Assembly (NCBI GenBank): GCA_965246885.1
Contig: OZ251992.1
Location: forward strand, 2,240,001 to 2,304,000
DNA: 64,000 nt
DNA from: Abditibacterium sp.
Lineage (GTDB): Bacteria; Armatimonadota; Abditibacteriia; Abditibacteriales; Abditibacteriaceae
Direction: 5' to 3'
Part shown: piece by piece, positions 35,257 to 45,181 of the stretch
Numbering within the stretch: the first letter of the stretch is position 1
Layout of the letters: each line of letters opens with the position of its first letter
The notes under the pieces: generated by a model
What the model saw: only the letters and a program-made list of their open reading frames with translations
The model's database searches: none
Told to the model about the DNA's origin: nothing
Made by a program: the position numbers and the translations under genes

Positions 35257-35797
35257 AGGGGGTCAAGTATCGCGGAGGAGCGTGGTCGCACAGCCACACG
35301 CCGTTATCGGACACCCAGAACTCGAAGCCGTCCTGACTCATTTGCGCCGCGTCCACCCGAAATACAAGCGGCCTGCCGTGCCGCGCACCAACTTTGCGCG
35401 CCGTTTCGATGTCGGTCGAAAGGTGGACGTGGTGGCGCCTGCCCTTTTCCAGACCAGTCGCCAAAATGGAAGCGCAGTTTTGCGCGCCCGTACCGTGCAG
35501 AAGCGTTGCGGGCGGGGGTGTCGCTTCGAGTTGCAGGTCTACCTCGACGCTGTGCCCTTGGTTGGCGCGGATGTATCGCCCATCCTCCGAAAAAGAAAAG
35601 CGTTGCTTGTCGTTGCCCTCCACGACTTCGTCCAATTGGTCGAACGACAAATCCATATTGTCGCGCCGCGCGGCTTTTAGCAAGTCAGCAACACGAACCC
35701 AGCCGCCTTCTTCCAATGTCAACCCGATTCGTTCGGGCGAGTGCCGCAAGTGTCTACTCAGCCACTTCGATTTTTTAACGAGGGATTCGTTTGTCAT
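35246..35797 (-). CDS. kptA: RNA 2'-phosphotransferase (Tpt1/KptA)
   Basis: SKWLSRHLRH, NDKQRF, IRANQGHS, LHGT, RHHVHLS, SDNGVWL. Confidence 0.96.
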   Translation of the reverse strand: MTNESLVKKSKWLSRHLRHSPERIGLTLEEGGWVRVADLLKAARRDNMDLSFDQLDEVVEGNDKQRFSFSEDGRYIRANQGHSVEVDLQLEATPPPATLLHGTGAQNCASILATGLEKGRRHHVHLSTDIETARKVGARHGRPLVFRVDAAQMSQDGFEFWVSDNGVWLCDHAPPRYLTPYDE

Positions 35798-35824
35798 GCT
35801 CCCAGTATTGACCGCGCGGGCGCG

Positions 35825-36658
35825 TCACTTGGGCTGGCACGCGGGACAGAAGTGGAAGGAGCGCGCCGACTTGCTCGCTCCCAGCACGCCGCGCTCGACG
35901 GGGGTGCCGCAGGTGACGCAGGGGAGGCCCGTCCGCCCATACATTTGCGGGCGGAACTCGCCATAATTGCCTTGCGCATCTTGGTAGCCGCCGTCTTTGA
36001 GGGTGGCGCCGCGCCCTCGAATGGCCTCTTCGAGAATGGGGCGCAAGTGCCCCAACAGTTCGCGCAGTTGGCCGGGCGACAGCATGTTGGCGCGCGTTTC
36101 GGGATGGAGGCGCGCGCGAAAGCACGCTTCATCGGCGTAGATGTTGCCCAACCCAGCGATGAGCGACTGGTCTAAGATGGCGGCCTTAATCCTGGTGCTC
36201 TTGCGCGCCAACTTATCGGCGAGGGCCTCAATGGGGAAGTCGGAATCAAGCGGCTCTGGCCCCATCCGCTCCAAGAACGGCAGTTCGCGCGACACGCCCA
36301 ATTCGCCAAAGGTGCGCGGGTCGGTGAATATCCACTGCAGGCCGTTGTCCAACCGCCACGCGCCGTGCACGTGGCGCGGCAATTCGTCGGGCTTCCAAGG
36401 GGCGCCGCTTTCGACGTGCAAGCGGCCCGTCATGCCCAGATGAATAAGCAAGTTGTCGCCGTTTTCCAAGGGGAAGTAGATCTGCTTGCCGCGCCGCTTG
36501 GCGGCGACGATGCGCTGGCCGCGCGTGCGTTCGATGAACTCGGCGACCGAGGGGACAGTCAGGTGCGCGGTCTTGGCGAAGGAGTCGAGGATGGTGGCGC
36601 CCACGACGTGCGGGGCGATTTGCGAGCGGACGGTTTCGGCTTCGGGGAGTTCGGGCAT
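35825..36658 (-). CDS. mutM: formamidopyrimidine-DNA glycosylase
   Basis: Start MPELPEAE at ATG 36658; RRGK, HLGMTG, DPRTFG, AGLGNIYADE, Zn finger CVTC..CPACQ. Confidence 0.96.
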   Translation of the reverse strand: MPELPEAETVRSQIAPHVVGATILDSFAKTAHLTVPSVAEFIERTRGQRIVAAKRRGKQIYFPLENGDNLLIHLGMTGRLHVESGAPWKPDELPRHVHGAWRLDNGLQWIFTDPRTFGELGVSRELPFLERMGPEPLDSDFPIEALADKLARKSTRIKAAILDQSLIAGLGNIYADEACFRARLHPETRANMLSPGQLRELLGHLRPILEEAIRGRGATLKDGGYQDAQGNYGEFRPQMYGRTGLPCVTCGTPVERGVLGASKSARSFHFCPACQPK

Positions 36659-36715
36659 AGAGATTGGAATCGCCCCGTGCCCGCCGCGTTCCTGATTTCC
36701 GGGTAAACAAGAAGC

Positions 36716-37492
36716 GTGGCCCCTGTCCTTTCCTCCCGCGCGCACCCGCTTCTCAAGTTGGGGCGCTCCTTGCACGACGCCAAAGGGCGGCGCGAACACG
36801 GGCTGTTTCTTCTTGAGGGCGCGAACGCCCTCGGTGCCGCGCTCGAACACGGCTGGGCGCTCCGCGAAGTGTTCGCGCTTGAAGGCGAAAGCGAATGGTC
36901 GGCCCGCGCCGTCAGCCGGGGTTTGGGCGTCCGCCGCGCGACGCGCGACTGGCTCGGCGCGATGTGCGAGGCACCGTCGCCGCCGCCCGTTGTCGCATGG
37001 GGCGAGATCCCTCCCGTCCAAGCGAGCGTTTCCTTCGGCGAGGGGCTAACGGTCGTGCTGGATGGCATCAGCGACCCCGGCAATGTCGGCACCATCTGGC
37101 GCGCGGCGCACGCTTTGGGCGCCTCTCGCCTCGTTTGCACGGGCGGCACGGCGGACGTGTGGAACCCCAAAGTCGTGCGCGGCGCGGCGGGCAGTTTGTT
37201 CGCGCTTCCGCCCACCACGCTGCACGACAACGCGCCGGAAACTGTCGCTGCCTTGTTGCGCGCTCAGGATGTCGCGGTCGTGCGCGCCGACGCACATGGC
37301 GGAACCTCGCTCACCGCGTTCAATTGGCCAGCGTACGCCGCCCTTGTTTTGGGCCACGAAACGCGCGGTGTGCATCCTGCGTTCAAGGGTGCGAGCGTGA
37401 CTATTCCCCTCCCCGGCCAAGCCGAATCGCTCAACGTCGCAATGGCCGCCACCATCTTCCTGTGGGGGTGGAGCCTTGCAGTGTCTCGCTAA
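36716..37492 (+). CDS. TrmH/SpoU family RNA methyltransferase
   Basis: LDGISDPGNVGTIWR, LVLGHETRGV, ESLNVAMAA. Confidence 0.93.
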   Translation: MAPVLSSRAHPLLKLGRSLHDAKGRREHGLFLLEGANALGAALEHGWALREVFALEGESEWSARAVSRGLGVRRATRDWLGAMCEAPSPPPVVAWGEIPPVQASVSFGEGLTVVLDGISDPGNVGTIWRAAHALGASRLVCTGGTADVWNPKVVRGAAGSLFALPPTTLHDNAPETVAALLRAQDVAVVRADAHGGTSLTAFNWPAYAALVLGHETRGVHPAFKGASVTIPLPGQAESLNVAMAATIFLWGWSLAVSR

Positions 37493-38502
37493 CCCGCAAT
37501 CGGCCACACCGAGCGCGCCTCAAAGCCTAAGTCCTCAATGTTCCACGCCGGAGAACCATTCGCGCGCGCTTCGTAAAAGGCGGCAGCGGCGATCATCGCG
37601 GCGTTGTCGGTGCAAAGAACCGCGTCGGGCACCACGAACGGTAGGTCGCCCGCGACTTCCCGCAACTTCGCCCGTAGCGCCCCGTTCGCCGCGACGCCGC
37701 CGCACACGCCAAGCGTCTTGGGTTTATAAACCGCCAACGCGCGCCCCGTCTGGTGCGCCAGTTGCTTGATAGCCGCCGTTTGAAACGCCGATGCGACTTC
37801 CTCTGGCGAGTTGACGCCCTTCTTGAACCCCTGAGTCGCCGCCGTTTTCAGGCCGGAGAACGAGAAGTCGAAGCTCGGCTCCAAGTTGGCGGGCGAATAG
37901 CGCAACGCGGTTTTCGGAACAGTCGCTGCCGCTCGTTCCAAGTTCGGCCCGCCCGGAAGCGGTAGGCCAATAGCCCGCGCCACTTTGTCGAAGCCCTCGC
38001 CGACAGCGTCGTCGCGTGTCTTGCCCAGCCGCTCGAACCCGTCGAAGTCGCGCACCAGTATTAAATCGGAGTGCCCGCCCGACACCACCAAGCACAGCAT
38101 CGGTAACTCCAAGTCGGGCCGCGATAGAAACGTCGAGCAGATGTGCCCTTTGATGTGATTCACGCCGCGAACGGGCACCCGCGTCGCCACACTCAGCGCC
38201 TTGCCCGCCGCCACGCCCACGAGGAGGGCGCCCGATAACCCCGGCCCGCTTGTCACGCCGATTAGCCCCAACTCGCGCCAGTCGCGCAACCCCGTTTCCT
38301 CGCGCAGCAGGCGCAACATCGGCGTGATGGCTTCCAAGTGCTTGCGCGAGGCTATTTCCGGCACCACGCCGCCAAACAGTTGGTGCGCCTCGAACTGCGA
38401 AGCGATGAGGTTCGCCCGAATTTCCAAGCAGTTCCCGCCCGTGTGTTCGAGCAGCGCCACGCTCGTTTCGTCGCAACTCGTCTCGATTCCCAAGATTAAC
38501 AT
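37489..38502 (-). CDS. tsaD: tRNA N6-threonylcarbamoyladenosine transferase
   Basis: ILGIETSCDET, GGVVPEIASRKH, NHIKGH, VSGGH, DDAVGEGFDK, FSFSGLKT, CTDNAAMI. Confidence 0.97.
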   Translation of the reverse strand: MLILGIETSCDETSVALLEHTGGNCLEIRANLIASQFEAHQLFGGVVPEIASRKHLEAITPMLRLLREETGLRDWRELGLIGVTSGPGLSGALLVGVAAGKALSVATRVPVRGVNHIKGHICSTFLSRPDLELPMLCLVVSGGHSDLILVRDFDGFERLGKTRDDAVGEGFDKVARAIGLPLPGGPNLERAAATVPKTALRYSPANLEPSFDFSFSGLKTAATQGFKKGVNSPEEVASAFQTAAIKQLAHQTGRALAVYKPKTLGVCGGVAANGALRAKLREVAGDLPFVVPDAVLCTDNAAMIAAAAFYEARANGSPAWNIEDLGFEARSVWPIAG

Positions 38503-38526
38503 AAGAGGCAGTTTGCGCGGCGCCCC

Positions 38527-39663
38527 TCAAATCAGCGACGCGATGCGGTGCGGCACGAACTGCGAGGTGTTGGATGTGATTAGCCCTGCGTCCTCGCGGA
38601 TGCCCAAGCCGCAAGGCCAGCCGTTGATTAGCCACGCGCCGCATACTGGGCGGGCGCCGCCCATCTCCGGCAATTCGCGCAACTCCTGATAGATGAACGG
38701 GCCGGGATACGGGCCAGCTTGCGCGGCGATTTCGAGGCCGCCGCACACCAAGCGCGTGTTGGCCCCCTCACGCCCCCACAACGGCTTTTGCGCGAACGAA
38801 TCCCCCCAAGGCGCGAACGCAGCGCGCAGCAATAACGGATGATCGGGGAACAGTTCCCATACAACGGGCAGAATCGCCTTGCAACTCAGGACGGCCTTCC
38901 AAGGCGCCTCGAACCAGCGCGTTGGGGCATTGGGAATGTGCGCGCCAAAGTCGTCGCGCCACAGCCAATCCCAAGGGTAAAGCTTGAAAACTGCGCCGAT
39001 GGGCCGCTCTTGCATGTCGGTGAACACTCCGCGCCGCGCGTTCCAGCCGATGTTTTGGACGGCGATGTATTCGGTTTCGAGGCCCGCTTGATGCGCCGTG
39101 TCGCGCAGATAGTTGGCGGTCAGGAAGTCCTCGCCGCCATCGTCCAACGACGTGAAATAAACGCGCGTCGAGGCGGGGAGGTCGGCCTTCACCGCGCGCC
39201 ACGCTTCGATTAGACGCTCGTGGATGGAGTTGAACTGGTCGCCGCCGGGGAACTGCTCTTCGAGCCACTGCCATTGGGCGACAGAAGCCTCGATGAGCGA
39301 GGTCGGCGTGTCAGCGTTGTATTCGAGCAGCTTGATGTCGCGCCCATCGAACCACAAATCGAACCGCCCATACACCGTGCGCTCTTCGGCTTCCCACGAG
39401 CGTTCGATAAGCGGCCAGAACTCTGGGGGAATGTTGAACTCGCCCAACCGCCGCTTCGAGATGGCGTGTTCGACTGCGCTCAAGCACATCCGGTCGAGGT
39501 CGCCAACGGCCACTTCGAGCCGCTCGATTTCCGTAAGTGAGAACGCATAGCACGCGCCCTCATTCCACGAGTGCGAGCCGTTAGCGTTGAGCGCATACGT
39601 CAAACCACACGCGCGCAGACGCGCTTTCCAGTCGGGGCGCGGAGTGATAATTTCGCGTTTCAT
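38527..39663 (-). CDS. glutathionylspermidine synthase family ATP-grasp ligase (YgiC/YjfC-like, no amidase domain)
   Basis: Start MKREIITPRPDW at 39663; YGRFD, LLEYNADTPTSLIE, QFNSIHE, FKLYPW, KPLWGREGAN, GIRED. Confidence 0.93.
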   Translation of the reverse strand: MKREIITPRPDWKARLRACGLTYALNANGSHSWNEGACYAFSLTEIERLEVAVGDLDRMCLSAVEHAISKRRLGEFNIPPEFWPLIERSWEAEERTVYGRFDLWFDGRDIKLLEYNADTPTSLIEASVAQWQWLEEQFPGGDQFNSIHERLIEAWRAVKADLPASTRVYFTSLDDGGEDFLTANYLRDTAHQAGLETEYIAVQNIGWNARRGVFTDMQERPIGAVFKLYPWDWLWRDDFGAHIPNAPTRWFEAPWKAVLSCKAILPVVWELFPDHPLLLRAAFAPWGDSFAQKPLWGREGANTRLVCGGLEIAAQAGPYPGPFIYQELRELPEMGGARPVCGAWLINGWPCGLGIREDAGLITSNTSQFVPHRIASLI

Positions 39664-39847
39664 GGGTCGAAGTTTTAACCGCCAGCACCCGACTCGAAGG
39701 CGCGGGCGGTTTTGCCCAAGCCGCCTACCCGCGTTCCGACGCGCAGACGCGGCAGATTCTTCGCGGCAAGAAACGGCTTTTGGAAGAAGCGGAGTAGCAG
39801 TGCCACATCGGACGGCGGGAGAAGTTGCAGCGTCAAACGACCGCGCT

Positions 39848-40120
39848 TCACTCGCCGCCTCCGTGCCCGCCGCCACCAAACGAGTGGCCCGACTCGCCAA
39901 AGCCGCCGCGCGCCGACGACTCACCCACGCTCGAATAGCCCCCACCCCCGCCAAAATAGCCGGGGTGGTAACCGCTTGAAGTGCGACCGCCGGAGCCGCA
40001 ACCGTTGGCGCTTTGCGGGGGAGCGTTCGGGTCGCAGTTGCGGTTCGAGCAACCTGACAGCAGAAGCAAGGCGGGCGATAGCAAGACCAAAGAAAGGGCG
40101 CCGCGTTTCTTGGGAGACAT
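39848..40120 (-). CDS. small Gly-rich lipoprotein, YgiB/DUF1190-like
   Basis: Lipobox LLLSGC; C-terminal SARGGFG motif; upstream of the YgiC-like ligase. Confidence 0.8.
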   Translation of the reverse strand: MSPKKRGALSLVLLSPALLLLSGCSNRNCDPNAPPQSANGCGSGGRTSSGYHPGYFGGGGGYSSVGESSARGGFGESGHSFGGGGHGGGE

Positions 40121-40243
40121 GAGCCGCAGTATCCAAGGCGCGGCTGTGTCGTGCACACCTTGAAAGCAGCCATTGGGCAAAAGTGCCCAATGCGCGCACT
40201 CAGGTGTTTGGTCGCGCGACGCGTCCGTGCGAAAATGGAATGT

Positions 40244-40732
40244 ATGAAGCAGATTCCGCTTTTGGTTCGCTACCGCGCCCTGCTGTGCGCTTTTATCGTG
40301 GGCTTGGTGTTGTCGGGCGCGACGGCGTTTCCGCTTGTCGCCGAGTTGAAGTTACTGGCCGGGTGGCTCGTCGCTGCCCCTTGGCAATTCCCTGCGCTGA
40401 CCAGATGGATTGTCCACGTGCGCGACGCGTTGGTCGAGACGGATGCGCGCTTTCCGTTTCTGGCTTATGGGACGGACTGGCTGGCGTTCGCGCATTTGAT
40501 GATTGCCGTCGCGTTCGTCGGGCCGCTCCGCGACCCGGTTCGCAATCGCTGGATATTGGAATGGGCGATGCTTTGTTGCGTGGGCGTGCTTCCGTTGGCG
40601 TTCATCATGGGGCCGATACGCGGCATCCCACTTGGCTGGACGCTCGTGGACTGCGCGTTTGGCGTTGTAGGGTTCCCGCCGCTTCTGCTGTGCTGGCGGT
40701 GGTCGAAACAGTTGGAAAGCGGGGCGGCTTAA
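40244..40732 (+). CDS. hypothetical membrane protein
   Basis: Four hydrophobic segments; YGTDWLAFAHL..GPLRDPVRN..RGIP. Confidence 0.8.
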   Translation: MKQIPLLVRYRALLCAFIVGLVLSGATAFPLVAELKLLAGWLVAAPWQFPALTRWIVHVRDALVETDARFPFLAYGTDWLAFAHLMIAVAFVGPLRDPVRNRWILEWAMLCCVGVLPLAFIMGPIRGIPLGWTLVDCAFGVVGFPPLLLCWRWSKQLESGAA

Positions 40733-40741
40733 AATGGAGGG

Positions 40742-41113
40742 GTGGACAAAATCTTACTGGGCGGCTTGCAGTTCTTCGGACGGCACGGCTGCCACCCCGC
40801 CGAGGGCGAACTGGGCCAGATGTTTGTCGTTGACATCGAACTCGACTGCGATTTGCAACTGGCCGCCAACTCCGACGACTTGAACGATACGGTGAACTAC
40901 GTCGAAATCTACGCGCACGCCAAAGCCGTTATCGAAGGGCCACCCGCCGCGCTATTGGAACATTTGGCCGCGCAAATCGGCGACTTCGCGCTGCGCGACC
41001 CGCGCGTGCACACCGCCCGCGTGCGCATCAAAAAGCCGCACGTCGCGGTGGGCGGGGTGTTGGACTATTTGGGCGTGGAAATCGAGCGGCGAGCTATTTT
41101 GCCCAGCGACTAA
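40742..41113 (+). CDS. folB: dihydroneopterin aldolase
   Basis: FFGRHGC..EGELGQ.FVVD, SDDLNDTVNY, LLEHLA, IKKPH, GVEIER. Confidence 0.96.
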   Translation: MDKILLGGLQFFGRHGCHPAEGELGQMFVVDIELDCDLQLAANSDDLNDTVNYVEIYAHAKAVIEGPPAALLEHLAAQIGDFALRDPRVHTARVRIKKPHVAVGGVLDYLGVEIERRAILPSD

Positions 41114-41213
41114 AGTCGCGGGCAACCCATAGCAAAGCCTCCCTACGGAGGCTGCACTTCCAGTCGGCGTAGGCCGACTTCGCTGTATGTTGCCCGCGAC
41201 TTTAGTCGCTGGG
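41102..41213. repeat. REP-like cruciform palindromic element
   Basis: Perfect 25-bp inverted repeat CCCAGCGACTAAAGTCGCGGGCAAC (41102-41126 / 41189-41213) enclosing two inner hairpins with CTAC and GTAG loops. Confidence 0.9.
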
Positions 41214-41296
41214 ACAAAGAGGCAAAAAGGACTTAACTCGCCACCATTCCCACATAATCGGGGCTAAAATGCCTCCTCGCTCGTCAACGGGGGACT

Positions 41297-42589
41297 ATGT
41301 TTGTAGATGAAGCGAATATCGAAGTCAAGGGCGGAGACGGCGGCAATGGCATTGTCGCTTTTCGCCGCGAGAAATACGTGCCGATGGGCGGGCCGTCCGG
41401 GGGCGATGGCGGCAAAGGCGGCGACGTAATACTCAAAGCCGACGCGCATCGTAAAACGCTGCTGGAGTTGTCCCGCGTGCGACACCATCGAGGCGGGCGC
41501 GGGCGGCACGGACAGGGCAGTCGGCGCAAGGGAAGCGATGGCGACGAGGTAGTTATTCCCGTGCCGCCCGGCACGCAGGTCTTCGACCAACTGACGGGGC
41601 AACTGCTCGCTGACCTGCTTGTGGACGGTCAAGAGTTCGTCGCGTCCCCCGGCGGCGCGGGCGGGCGCGGCAACACGCACTTTTCAACCAGTTCGCGCCA
41701 AGCCCCCGGCTTTGCCGAGATGGGCGCCAAAGGCGAAGAGAAGCTGCTCAAACTGTCGCTCAAATTGCTGGCCGATGTCGCCTTGATTGGCCTGCCCAAC
41801 GCCGGGAAGTCTACGCTGATTTCGGCCATCTCCGCTGCCAAGCCCAAGATTGCCGACTACCCTTTCACGACGCTCACGCCCAATCTGGGCGTCGTGCGTT
41901 TGGATAACGCGCGCACCTTTGTCGCGGCGGACATTCCCGGCCTCATTCGGGGCGCGCACAAAGGGCAGGGCTTGGGCCACCAATTCTTGAAGCATATCGA
42001 GCGTGCGCCCGTCTTTATTCACTTGGTAGACCCGCTCGCGCCGCACGCGTACCGCAATTTCCTGAGCATTAACCGCGAATTGAAGATGTGGAATCCGCAG
42101 CTTTTGGAGCGCCCGCAGTTGGTCGCGCTCACGAAACTGGACATCGTGGATGACGAAACACGGCCCATCGTCGAAGCGGTCAAAGCGCGCATCGAGGGCT
42201 TGGGCGCCGAGGTGTTCCCCATCTCGTCCGCGACAGGAGAAGGGCTGGATGAACTGGTGTGGCGCGCGTGGGACTTCGTGGCCTTGGAAATTCAGCGCCG
42301 CTTGGAGGAGCCGCAACAAGCGCCAATTGTCGTTACCCGCGTCGAAACCGATGCGCCCTTGGGCATCAAGGAAATCGCGCGCTACGCCGACGGCATGAGC
42401 GAGTGGGAAGTCGAGGGCGGCCCGCTCACGCGCATGACCGCGCGCTTCGACATGAAAAACAACGAAGCCCTGCTGTACATGCACCGCGTGTTGGAGCGCG
42501 GCGGCGTTCTCGAAGAACTCCGCAAGCACGGCGTTAAGTACGGCGACTTAGTGCATGTGGGGGACTTGGCCTTCGAGTTCGGGGAGTAA
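41297..42589 (+). CDS. obg: GTPase Obg/CgtA with C-terminal OCT domain
   Basis: MFVDE..GGDGG, GLPNAGKSTL, ADYPFTTL, DIPGLI, TKLD; C-terminal GVKYGDLV. Confidence 0.97.
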   Translation: MFVDEANIEVKGGDGGNGIVAFRREKYVPMGGPSGGDGGKGGDVILKADAHRKTLLELSRVRHHRGGRGRHGQGSRRKGSDGDEVVIPVPPGTQVFDQLTGQLLADLLVDGQEFVASPGGAGGRGNTHFSTSSRQAPGFAEMGAKGEEKLLKLSLKLLADVALIGLPNAGKSTLISAISAAKPKIADYPFTTLTPNLGVVRLDNARTFVAADIPGLIRGAHKGQGLGHQFLKHIERAPVFIHLVDPLAPHAYRNFLSINRELKMWNPQLLERPQLVALTKLDIVDDETRPIVEAVKARIEGLGAEVFPISSATGEGLDELVWRAWDFVALEIQRRLEEPQQAPIVVTRVETDAPLGIKEIARYADGMSEWEVEGGPLTRMTARFDMKNNEALLYMHRVLERGGVLEELRKHGVKYGDLVHVGDLAFEFGE

Positions 42590-42610
42590 AGGAGAAATTA
42601 GAAGCGAGAC

Positions 42611-43687
42611 ATGAAGACGCTCATTCTTAAAATTGGCACTTCGACACTTGTGCGGGAGGGCGCGGTGGATGAAGACTTTTTGCGCGCGGTTGCACGACAG
42701 ATTGCCCTGTTGCGCGCCGAAGGCTGGCAGGTTGTGGTGGTGTCATCGGGCGCGGTGCGAGCGGGTTTGAACGTGCTTGGGCGCGAGCGGGCAGCGAACT
42801 TGGCCGAGAAGCAGGCGGCGGCGGCAGTGGGGCAATCCTTGTTAATGCGCGCGTACGAGTCCGCTTTCGCTGGCGAGGGGTTAGTCGTCGCCCAGATGCT
42901 CCTTACACGCGCCGACCTGAGCGAGCGGCGCCGCTTCCTTAATGCGCGGCACACCGCCGAGCAACTGCTTTTGTGGGGCGTGGTGCCGGTTATCAACGAG
43001 AACGATTCGGTCTCGACCGAGGAGATTCGCGTGGGCGATAACGACACCCTCGCGGCGCTATCGGGGCTTGTGGTGGGCGCCGATTTAGTGCTTTTGCTGT
43101 CCGATGTGGATGGTTTTTACCTTCCGGGAAGTGCGGCGCCGGAAGAGGTAATCGAATCTATCACTCCGGCAATCGAGGCGGCGGCAGGCGGGGCCGGGTC
43201 AATCGGCGGCACGGGCGGGATGAAGACGAAATTAGACGCGGCGCGCATCGCCACACGCGCCGGAGCCGAGATGGTCATCGCGCAAGGCCGCGCCCCGGAC
43301 ATCGTGCTCCGCGTCGCGCGCGGGGAAGCGGTCGGCACGCGCTTCCTCTTCTCGCCCGAAGGCCGCTTGAGTGCGCGCAAGTCGTGGCTGGCGCATGGGC
43401 GGCGCGTCGAGGGCACCCTGTTCCTGAACCCTTGCGCGCGCGCCGCATTGGAAGAGCGCGGTTCATCGCTGTTGCCCGTTGGCATCGAGCGCGTCCAAGG
43501 GGAGTTTGGCGTCGGCGCCCTCGTGGGGGTCTGCGACGAACGCGGCGACATTGGGCGCGGCGTGACGCGGTTTTCCTCAGACGAACTGCGCGCCATCGTT
43601 GGAAAGAAGTCGGGCGAACTGAGCGCCATCTTGGGCCGCGAGGTCGCGCCCGAAGCCATCCACCGCGATGAGTTTTCTTTGGGGTAA
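42611..43687 (+). CDS. proB: glutamate 5-kinase with PUA domain
   Basis: [47 protein letters not shown]. Confidence 0.97.
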   Translation: MKTLILKIGTSTLVREGAVDEDFLRAVARQIALLRAEGWQVVVVSSGAVRAGLNVLGRERAANLAEKQAAAAVGQSLLMRAYESAFAGEGLVVAQMLLTRADLSERRRFLNARHTAEQLLLWGVVPVINENDSVSTEEIRVGDNDTLAALSGLVVGADLVLLLSDVDGFYLPGSAAPEEVIESITPAIEAAAGGAGSIGGTGGMKTKLDAARIATRAGAEMVIAQGRAPDIVLRVARGEAVGTRFLFSPEGRLSARKSWLAHGRRVEGTLFLNPCARAALEERGSSLLPVGIERVQGEFGVGALVGVCDERGDIGRGVTRFSSDELRAIVGKKSGELSAILGREVAPEAIHRDEFSLG

Positions 43688-43730
43688 ATTCCCAACGGCT
43701 CGCGCTTGCCATTGTTCGTCAGTAGGGGCT

Positions 43731-44477
43731 ATGACTTCTTCCCCGCGCCCCGCGTTCTCCCTGCTGGAGTTGCTGGTCGTTGTCGCCATCCTTGCTATTC
43801 TCGCGGCCATCCTGTTTCCCGCTTTTGCCCTGTCGCGCGAGAACGCGCGGCGCAGTTCGTGCCAATCGAACGAGAAGCAGATTGGCCTCGGCCTTCTCCA
43901 ATACATCGGCGACTCCGACGAAACCATGCCCTTCTCCTTTTACGGGACGTCGGGCAATTCCAATCCGCCCGGCACCTCGCCCGCCAATTACAAATGGATG
44001 GACGCCATCTTCCCGTACGTCAAGGCGGAGCCAGTGTTCAACTGCCCGTCCGACTCGGCGGCCAACCGCTACCGCTTCCGGAACGGGTTGAACTATGGCT
44101 CCTATGGACTCAACGGCGCCTATGGCGCACCGGGCGATGCCTTCACCCCACCGCGTTCGTCGGCGGCTTACTTGGTCTCGATGGCCTCGGTAGTTGTTCC
44201 CTCCGCGACGGTATGGGTCACGGACAACAACAACTCGCCTTCGGCGTTTAATCCCGGCGGCTCGCAAGGCTTCTACTGGCCTACGCCCGCCGCCAACCCA
44301 ACCACTTCCGCGACCTCGCCGCGCCAATTGCAAAACATCGTGGAAAGACACCTCGAAACGGTCAACACCCTCTTCTGTGATGGGCACGTCAAGGCGATGA
44401 AACTGGATGCGCTCGCCAAAACCAAAACCATCGGGACGGCTCAGGTGATGACGCTGTTTACCATTGAGGATGATTAG
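43731..44477 (+). CDS. DUF1559 / prepilin-type protein with H-X9-DG motif
   Basis: [50 protein letters not shown]. Confidence 0.92.
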   Translation: MTSSPRPAFSLLELLVVVAILAILAAILFPAFALSRENARRSSCQSNEKQIGLGLLQYIGDSDETMPFSFYGTSGNSNPPGTSPANYKWMDAIFPYVKAEPVFNCPSDSAANRYRFRNGLNYGSYGLNGAYGAPGDAFTPPRSSAAYLVSMASVVVPSATVWVTDNNNSPSAFNPGGSQGFYWPTPAANPTTSATSPRQLQNIVERHLETVNTLFCDGHVKAMKLDALAKTKTIGTAQVMTLFTIEDD

Positions 44478-44548
44478 GCTCCAAATTTATTTTGAACCCG
44501 ACCCCTTGCCTGCGCGTCGCGGCTTAAGATTTGAAACTCCGCACTTCC

Positions 44549-45121
44549 ATGAAACGCCTCTTTCCATCAGTCGCCGCCCTCCTTGCTTTGGCAACAGCAG
44601 CCTGCGCCCAAACGGTTTCCCGCTCTTATACCACCACCGACGTCTACGGTAACACGACGACCACCACGATCCAAGCCCCCGCCAGCGTTGCGGGACTTAT
44701 TGCCGGCCAGACCATCTACGGCGGCTTCCCGAACTACGCGAACGGCATCCCATCTTACGATAATTCCTACTGTGCGCCGCAGACCTATGGCGGCTATGGG
44801 GGTGGCTACGCGGGCTACGATTTTCCGCCCTCCGCGCCGTATGGCTACGTCTACCCGCCGCAAACCTACTACGTTCCGAGCCAGACGTTTTACCTGCCTC
44901 ATCCTACTGTCGGCCCCTTCGCGCCGCCCTCCTTCACTTCCATTCCGCAAATCATCACCACGCCCGGTGTGCCCTACTACCCTTATAATGGCTATGGCTG
45001 TCCCGCGCCGGGATATGGTTACGGCTACGGGAGCCGCACCACGATCTCCAACGGCAACGCCTCGTTCTCGCGCGGAGGTATGAGCGTCTCCATCGGAGGA
45101 ACTTCGATTCAACGCCGCTAA
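44549..45121 (+). CDS. secreted Tyr/Gly/Pro-rich hypothetical protein
   Basis: Signal peptide MKRLFPSVAALLALATAACA; low-complexity YG/YP repeats. Confidence 0.7.
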   Translation: MKRLFPSVAALLALATAACAQTVSRSYTTTDVYGNTTTTTIQAPASVAGLIAGQTIYGGFPNYANGIPSYDNSYCAPQTYGGYGGGYAGYDFPPSAPYGYVYPPQTYYVPSQTFYLPHPTVGPFAPPSFTSIPQIITTPGVPYYPYNGYGCPAPGYGYGYGSRTTISNGNASFSRGGMSVSIGGTSIQRR

Positions 45122-45136
45122 CATCACCAGACACAG

Positions 45137-45169
45137 AAACAGCCGCTTCCTTTGGGAAGCGGCTGTTTT
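45137..45169. terminator. bidirectional terminator
   Basis: AAACAGCCGCTTCC-TTTG-GGAAGCGGCTGTTTT. Confidence 0.85.
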
Positions 45170-45181
45170 GCTTGTGTGCGC

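Noticed and set aside
39664..39847. Possible fifth, decayed 21-bp array between the YgiB-like and YgiC-like genes
   Set aside because: Only a weak periodic hint; cannot be supported without an autocorrelation test.
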